Below are positions 20,521 through 24,000 of a DNA stretch of 24,000 bases, piece after piece; the stretch's first letter is position 1, and each line of letters begins with the position of its first letter. The stretch is taken from the NCBI GenBank assembly GCA_001604215.1, contig LVAX01000072.1:62913-86912 (forward strand). Direction: 5' to 3'. A program made the translations under genes and the position numbers. This DNA is from Clostridiales bacterium Firm_18. Lineage in GTDB: Bacteria; Bacillota; Clostridia; Monoglobales; Firm-18. The notes beneath the pieces are model-generated. The model saw nothing but the letters and a program-made list of their open reading frames with translations, made no database searches and was not told the origin of the DNA.

Positions 20521-20547
20521 GAAATTGCGCGAAAGTCGCGCAATTTC
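20521..20547. other. Perfect 11-bp GC-rich hairpin (GAAATTGCGCG-AAAGT-CGCGCAATTTC) without a flanking T-tract
   Basis: Direct reading gives arms at 20521-20531 and 20537-20547 with a 5-nt loop. It lies in the convergent lgt/tRNA-Gly spacer. GGTGGATT (20497-20504) is complementary to AATCCACC (20566-20573) and could enclose it. Confidence 0.6.
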
Positions 20548-20556
20548 CTATAAGTC

Positions 20557-20591
20557 AAAAAAAATAATCCACCGGATAAAACCGATGGATT
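20557..20591 (-). terminator. Rho-independent terminator of tRNA-Gly
   Basis: On the minus strand, AAUCCAUCGG pairs with CCGGUGGAUU (10 bp including one U-G pair) around a 6-nt loop. This is followed by A and then 8 U, corresponding to the plus-strand A-run at 20557-20564. The terminator starts 2 nt after the tRNA CCA end. Confidence 0.8.
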
Positions 20592-20593
20592 AT

Positions 20594-20668
20594 TGGAGCG
20601 GAAGACGAGATTCGAACTCGCGACTTTCACCTTGGCAAGGTGACACTCTACCACTGAGTCACTCCCGC
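20594..20668 (-). tRNA. tRNA-Gly (anticodon GCC), 75 nt with encoded CCA
   Basis: The reverse complement is GCGGGAGTGACTCAGTGGTAGAGTGTCACCTTGCCAAGGTGAAAGTCGCGAGTTCGAATCTCGTCTTCCGCTCCA. It has a 7-bp acceptor stem, a D-loop AGTGGTA, an anticodon loop TTGCCAA, a T-loop TTCGAAT, a U discriminator base and CCA. Confidence 0.97.
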
Positions 20669-20682
20669 ATTCTGCACATATA

Positions 20683-20711
20683 ATTATATAATAAATATAT
20701 TTTGTTGTCAA
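20683..20711 (-). promoter_or_regulatory. Consensus sigma-A promoter for tRNA-Gly (TTGACA-17-TATAAT on the minus strand)
   Basis: The reverse complement of 20711-20706 is TTGACA. The spacer is 17 nt. The reverse complement of 20688-20683 is TATAAT. The -10 element ends 14 nt before the mature tRNA 5' end. Confidence 0.65.
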
Positions 20712-20714
20712 GTA

Positions 20715-20743
20715 TTGTTATAGATAAATATTTATGATAGAAT
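20715..20743 (+). promoter_or_regulatory. Sigma-A type promoter for miaB (TTGTTA-17-TAGAAT with an extended -10 TGA), divergent from the tRNA promoter
   Basis: TTGTTA lies at 20715-20720, followed by a 17-nt spacer ending in TGA, then TAGAAT at 20738-20743. The track's ATG at 20734 lies inside this promoter. Confidence 0.45.
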
Positions 20744-20790
20744 TATATAAATATGAAACTAAAAAAAGCACTGGAATGTCCGAGGGATTT

Positions 20791-22143
20791 ATGTTGAACA
20801 AAACAGAGGAAGCAAAAATTAATAAGGAAGAGGCCGGCAGTACCCGGCCAAAAAAAGCACATGTTATAACTTACGGATGCAAGCAAAACGAAAATGATTC
20901 CGAAAAAATCCGGGGAATGCTTTCCGGGATGGGATATACAATTTGCACTATTGTTGATGAGGCCGATGTTGTTATTTTCAATACCTGCGCGGTACGGGAC
21001 AATGCCGAGCAAAGGGTATACGGCAATCTCGGTGCGCTGAGAGCCTTAAAGGATAAAAAGCCGGATGTTTTAATAGGCGTTTGCGGCTGTATGGCCCAGC
21101 AATCACATGTTGCCGAGCATATAAAAAAACGCTTTCCGTTTGTTGATTTTGTATTCGGAACACATGCCATTTCCCGATTCCCTCAGATATTACAAAACGC
21201 AAAAACAGAAAGAGTTTTTGATATTGACGATCGCGACAGTGAAATAACAGAGGGTATTCCTCACGACAGACCATCAATAGTTACTTCCACGGTATCGATA
21301 ATGTACGGATGTAATAATTTTTGTTCTTATTGTATAGTCCCCTATGTCAGAGGCAGGGAAAAAAGCAGGCAGCCGGAGGATATACTGCGCGAAGTGGAAA
21401 GCCTGGCCGCGCAGGGCTGCAAGGAAGTCACCCTTTTGGGGCAAAATGTTAATTCCTATTCCGCCCTTGATTTTGCAGACCTTCTGAATATGGTAAGCAA
21501 GATAGAAGGTATCCGGCGTATAAGGTTTATATCCTCACACCCCAAGGATTTGACGGACAAGCTTATAGATACCATGGCAACAAATCCGAAGGTGTGCAAG
21601 CAGCTTCATTTGCCGTTTCAGGCGGGAAGCAGCAAAGTTTTAAAGGATATGAACAGGGGCTATTCAAAAGAAGAATACTTAAGCTTAATAAAAAAGGTTA
21701 AAGAAAAAATTCCCTATATTGCCCTTACAAGCGATGTAATAGTAGGATTTCCTACGGAAACGCAGCAGGATTTTGAGGAAACGATAGAGGTTGTGTGCCG
21801 TGTGGAGTTTGACATGCTTTTTACATTTATATACTCCAAGAGGAAAGGAACCCCTGCGGAGCATATGGCTCCTGTTTTAGCGCCTGATGACGTTAAAAGA
21901 AATTTCGAGCGTTTGGTTGCGGTGCAAAACGAAATATCAGGCAGAAAAAACAAAGCGCTCGAGGGCAGCATTCAGGAAGTGCTGGTTGAGGGCACAAGCA
22001 AAAATAATGCAAATATGCTTACCGGACGCACCGACGGCGGAAAAATCGTTAATTTCCAAGGCGGCATAGAGCTTGTAGGTAAAATGGTAAATGTAAAGAT
22101 TACAAAATCCGCCACATGGTCGCTGATTGGAAGCGTTTTATAA
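20791..22143 (+). CDS. miaB: tRNA-i6A37 methylthiotransferase (radical SAM MTTase)
   Basis: The protein contains KKAHVITYGCKQNENDSE (the UPF0004 N-terminal domain), the radical-SAM motif CNNFCSYCIVPYVRG, and a C-terminal TRAM-like region. ATG 20791 follows GAGGGA. The alternative starts at 20734 and 20776 lack an RBS or overlap the promoter. Confidence 0.9.
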   Translation: MLNKTEEAKINKEEAGSTRPKKAHVITYGCKQNENDSEKIRGMLSGMGYTICTIVDEADVVIFNTCAVRDNAEQRVYGNLGALRALKDKKPDVLIGVCGCMAQQSHVAEHIKKRFPFVDFVFGTHAISRFPQILQNAKTERVFDIDDRDSEITEGIPHDRPSIVTSTVSIMYGCNNFCSYCIVPYVRGREKSRQPEDILREVESLAAQGCKEVTLLGQNVNSYSALDFADLLNMVSKIEGIRRIRFISSHPKDLTDKLIDTMATNPKVCKQLHLPFQAGSSKVLKDMNRGYSKEEYLSLIKKVKEKIPYIALTSDVIVGFPTETQQDFEETIEVVCRVEFDMLFTFIYSKRKGTPAEHMAPVLAPDDVKRNFERLVAVQNEISGRKNKALEGSIQEVLVEGTSKNNANMLTGRTDGGKIVNFQGGIELVGKMVNVKITKSATWSLIGSVL

Positions 22144-22181
22144 TAATGTTTTAAAAATAAAAAAAAGGAAAAGGTGTATTT

Positions 22182-22565
22182 ATGACTGTTGTTGAAAAAG
22201 CAAAGGAACTTGGTTTAATGTTGGCTCAAAGCAAAGAGTTTATTCGTATGAGAACTGCGGAGCAGGCACAGATTGCGGACCCGGAATCACAGCGCCTGCT
22301 GCAGGAATACAACGAAGCAAGGCGTGACCTTGTACAAAGAGCAAGCAGCGAAAATGTAACTCCTGAAGAATTGCAGCAGATAAGGGATGAAATGGAGAGC
22401 GAGCAGGAAAAGCTTAAAACCAATTCCGCCATTGCCGAGTATTTGAAAGCCGTATCGGATTTTAACAATCTGATGCAGGATGTTAATTCGGCCATTGCTT
22501 TTTATATTTCACCGGAAGGTTCTTGCGGCGGCGATTGCGGAGGCTGCGAGTGCGGCTGCCATTAA
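22182..22565 (+). CDS. ymcA: YlbF/YmcA-family protein (RicA/RicF-like) with a Cys-rich C-terminal tail
   Basis: The 127-aa helical protein begins MTVVEKAKELGLMLAQSKEFIRMRTAEQAQI, as in the YlbF/YmcA family. It sits between miaB and mutS, matching the B. subtilis order ymcB(miaB)-ymcA-(cotE)-mutS. The tail is GSCGGDCGGCECGCH. The RBS is AAGGAAAAGGTG. Confidence 0.65.
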   Translation: MTVVEKAKELGLMLAQSKEFIRMRTAEQAQIADPESQRLLQEYNEARRDLVQRASSENVTPEELQQIRDEMESEQEKLKTNSAIAEYLKAVSDFNNLMQDVNSAIAFYISPEGSCGGDCGGCECGCH

Positions 22566-22584
22566 AAAGGAGGACAAAAGCAGC

Positions 22585-24000
22585 GTGAATGGTCTTTCAC
22601 CTATGATGAGGCAGTATCTCGATATTAAGCAGCAGTATAAAGATACTATACTGTTTTTCAGGCTCGGTGATTTTTATGAAATGTTCTTTGAGGATGCGCT
22701 GACCGCGTCGAAGGAACTGGAGCTTACGCTGACAGGTCGTGATTGCGGCTTGGAGGAGCGTGCTCCGATGTGCGGTGTCCCGTACCACAGCGCTGAGCAA
22801 TATATCGATAAGCTGATTGAAAAAGGGTATAAAGTAGCCATTTGCGAGCAGGTTGAGGACCCGGCACTGGCAAAGGGCATAGTAAAACGTGATGTGCAAA
22901 GGGTTATAACCGCAGGTACTGTTACAAGCTCGGGTATTCTCGACGATAAAAAGAACAATTACCTGTGTTGTATATATTCGGGTAATCCTGCCGGTGTTGC
23001 TTTTGCGGATGTTACTACGGGAGACCTTTATGCAACCGAAATTGATTGCCGACAGGACAAAATTCTAAGTGAAATTTCGCGTTACGCTCCTGCCGAAATA
23101 ATATCGGACAGTGCGCTATGCAATAACTCCCGACTTATAAGCCTTATAAAAGAACGTTTTGGATGTGCGGTGTCCTGCACGGAGGACGGGTATTTTTCAT
23201 TAGACTTTGCCGAGGAAAAAATTAAGTCCCACTTTGAAAAAAGCATAAGCGAGCTGCCTCTTGCGGGACATCCTTCCGCTTGCGCAGCGGTTGGTGCCCT
23301 TTTGGAATATATTTATCAAACTCAAATGTGCCGCCTTTCAAATATTTTTGAAATTAATTATTATAACGGCGGGCAATTTTTAGATATTGATTTTTCCTCA
23401 AAGCGCAACTTGGAAATTTTATCAACAATCCGTGACAACAAGCGCAAAGGTTCCCTGATTTGGATAGTTGACGAAACAAGAACCTCAATGGGTGCAAGGA
23501 TGTTAAAAAGCTGGCTTGAAAAGCCGCTTGTCAGCTGCATACAAATACAAAAACGCCTGAGCGCGGTTGACGAGCTTGTCGGCAACACAATGCTGCGCGA
23601 GGAGCTTCGGGGCGAGCTGTCGTCAATCCAGGATATTGAACGCCTGCTTGGCAAGGTCATATCGGGCAGTGCAAACTGCCGTGATTTGCTTGCCCTTGGC
23701 AAGTCCCTTATACCCATTCCCGCAATATTAAACAATCTTCTGAACGTAAAATGCGAGCTTCTGCGCGAAATTACTGGGAAAATCGATCCACTTGAAGATA
23801 TATGCTCCGTACTAAACCGGGCCATTGTTGACAACCCGCCCTTTACCGTGCGCGAAGGGGGCATAATACGCGAAGGATATGACGAACAGGTGGATTTGCT
23901 TAGGAAAGCAATGAATGAAGGAAAGCAATGGATTGCAGAGCTTGAAGCACGGGAAAGGGAAAAGACCGGAATAAAGAATTTAAAAATAGGATACAATAAG
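22585..24000 (+). CDS. mutS: DNA mismatch repair protein MutS (N-terminal 472 codons; runs off the window)
   Basis: Hand translation from GTG 22585, which lies 10 nt after AAAGGAGGA. The product reads (M)NGLSPMMRQYLDIKQQYKDTILFFRLGDFYEMFFEDALTASKELELTLTGRD...MCGVPYHSAEQYIDKLIEKGYKVAICEQVEDP. The frame is open to 24000, ending in ...LKIGYNK. The gene is not in the ORF track because it is edge-truncated. Confidence 0.95.
   Translation, partial: MNGLSPMMRQYLDIKQQYKDTILFFRLGDFYEMFFEDALTASKELELTLTGRDCGLEERAPMCGVPYHSAEQYIDKLIEKGYKVAICEQVEDPALAKGIVKRDVQRVITAGTVTSSGILDDKKNNYLCCIYSGNPAGVAFADVTTGDLYATEIDCRQDKILSEISRYAPAEIISDSALCNNSRLISLIKERFGCAVSCTEDGYFSLDFAEEKIKSHFEKSISELPLAGHPSACAAVGALLEYIYQTQMCRLSNIFEINYYNGGQFLDIDFSSKRNLEILSTIRDNKRKGSLIWIVDETRTSMGARMLKSWLEKPLVSCIQIQKRLSAVDELVGNTMLREELRGELSSIQDIERLLGKVISGSANCRDLLALGKSLIPIPAILNNLLNVKCELLREITGKIDPLEDICSVLNRAIVDNPPFTVREGGIIREGYDEQVDLLRKAMNEGKQWIAELEAREREKTGIKNLKIGYNK

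Noticed and set aside
20397-20711. A 104-aa minus-strand ORF and a 61-aa plus-strand ORF (20498-20683).
   Set aside because: Both span the tRNA-Gly gene, its terminator and its promoter. The tRNA cloverleaf explains the sequence.

Overview
This window looks like a chromosomal, mostly housekeeping region of a low-to-moderate-GC Firmicute. Gene content, SLH-type wall anchoring and sigma-A style promoters suggest Clostridia.

Gene order, left to right:
- A very large double-ATPase CoA-enzyme activase on the minus strand. It runs off the left edge and is absent from the supplied ORF track; I found it by hand translation.
- guaB and dus.
- A secreted PepSY-repeat/SLH protein.
- pncB.
- A tandem-domain class II aldolase (minus strand).
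- uvsE (minus strand).
- A short AT-rich accessory insert.
- uvrB, uvrA, proS (archaeal type), birA (no HTH domain) and lgt.
- tRNA-Gly(GCC) on the minus strand, with its own promoter and terminator.
- miaB and a YlbF/YmcA-family gene.
- mutS, which runs off the right edge and is also absent from the ORF track.

No CRISPR array, rRNA, transposase or integrase was seen.

The only clearly non-core segment is about 11808-12700, wedged between the UV-repair genes uvsE and uvrBA. It contains four elements:
- A perfect 24-bp tandem repeat.
- An orphan 126-aa basic protein that I recall as resembling PBECR (Barnase/EndoU/RelE-like) RNases.
- An independently promoted and terminated structured RNA of about 150 nt. 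I cannot assign it to any known family.
- A 20-bp perfect palindrome in front of the uvrB promoter.

This segment is the best candidate for something undescribed. Every functional reading of it is inference. All promoter calls rest on consensus matching by eye.
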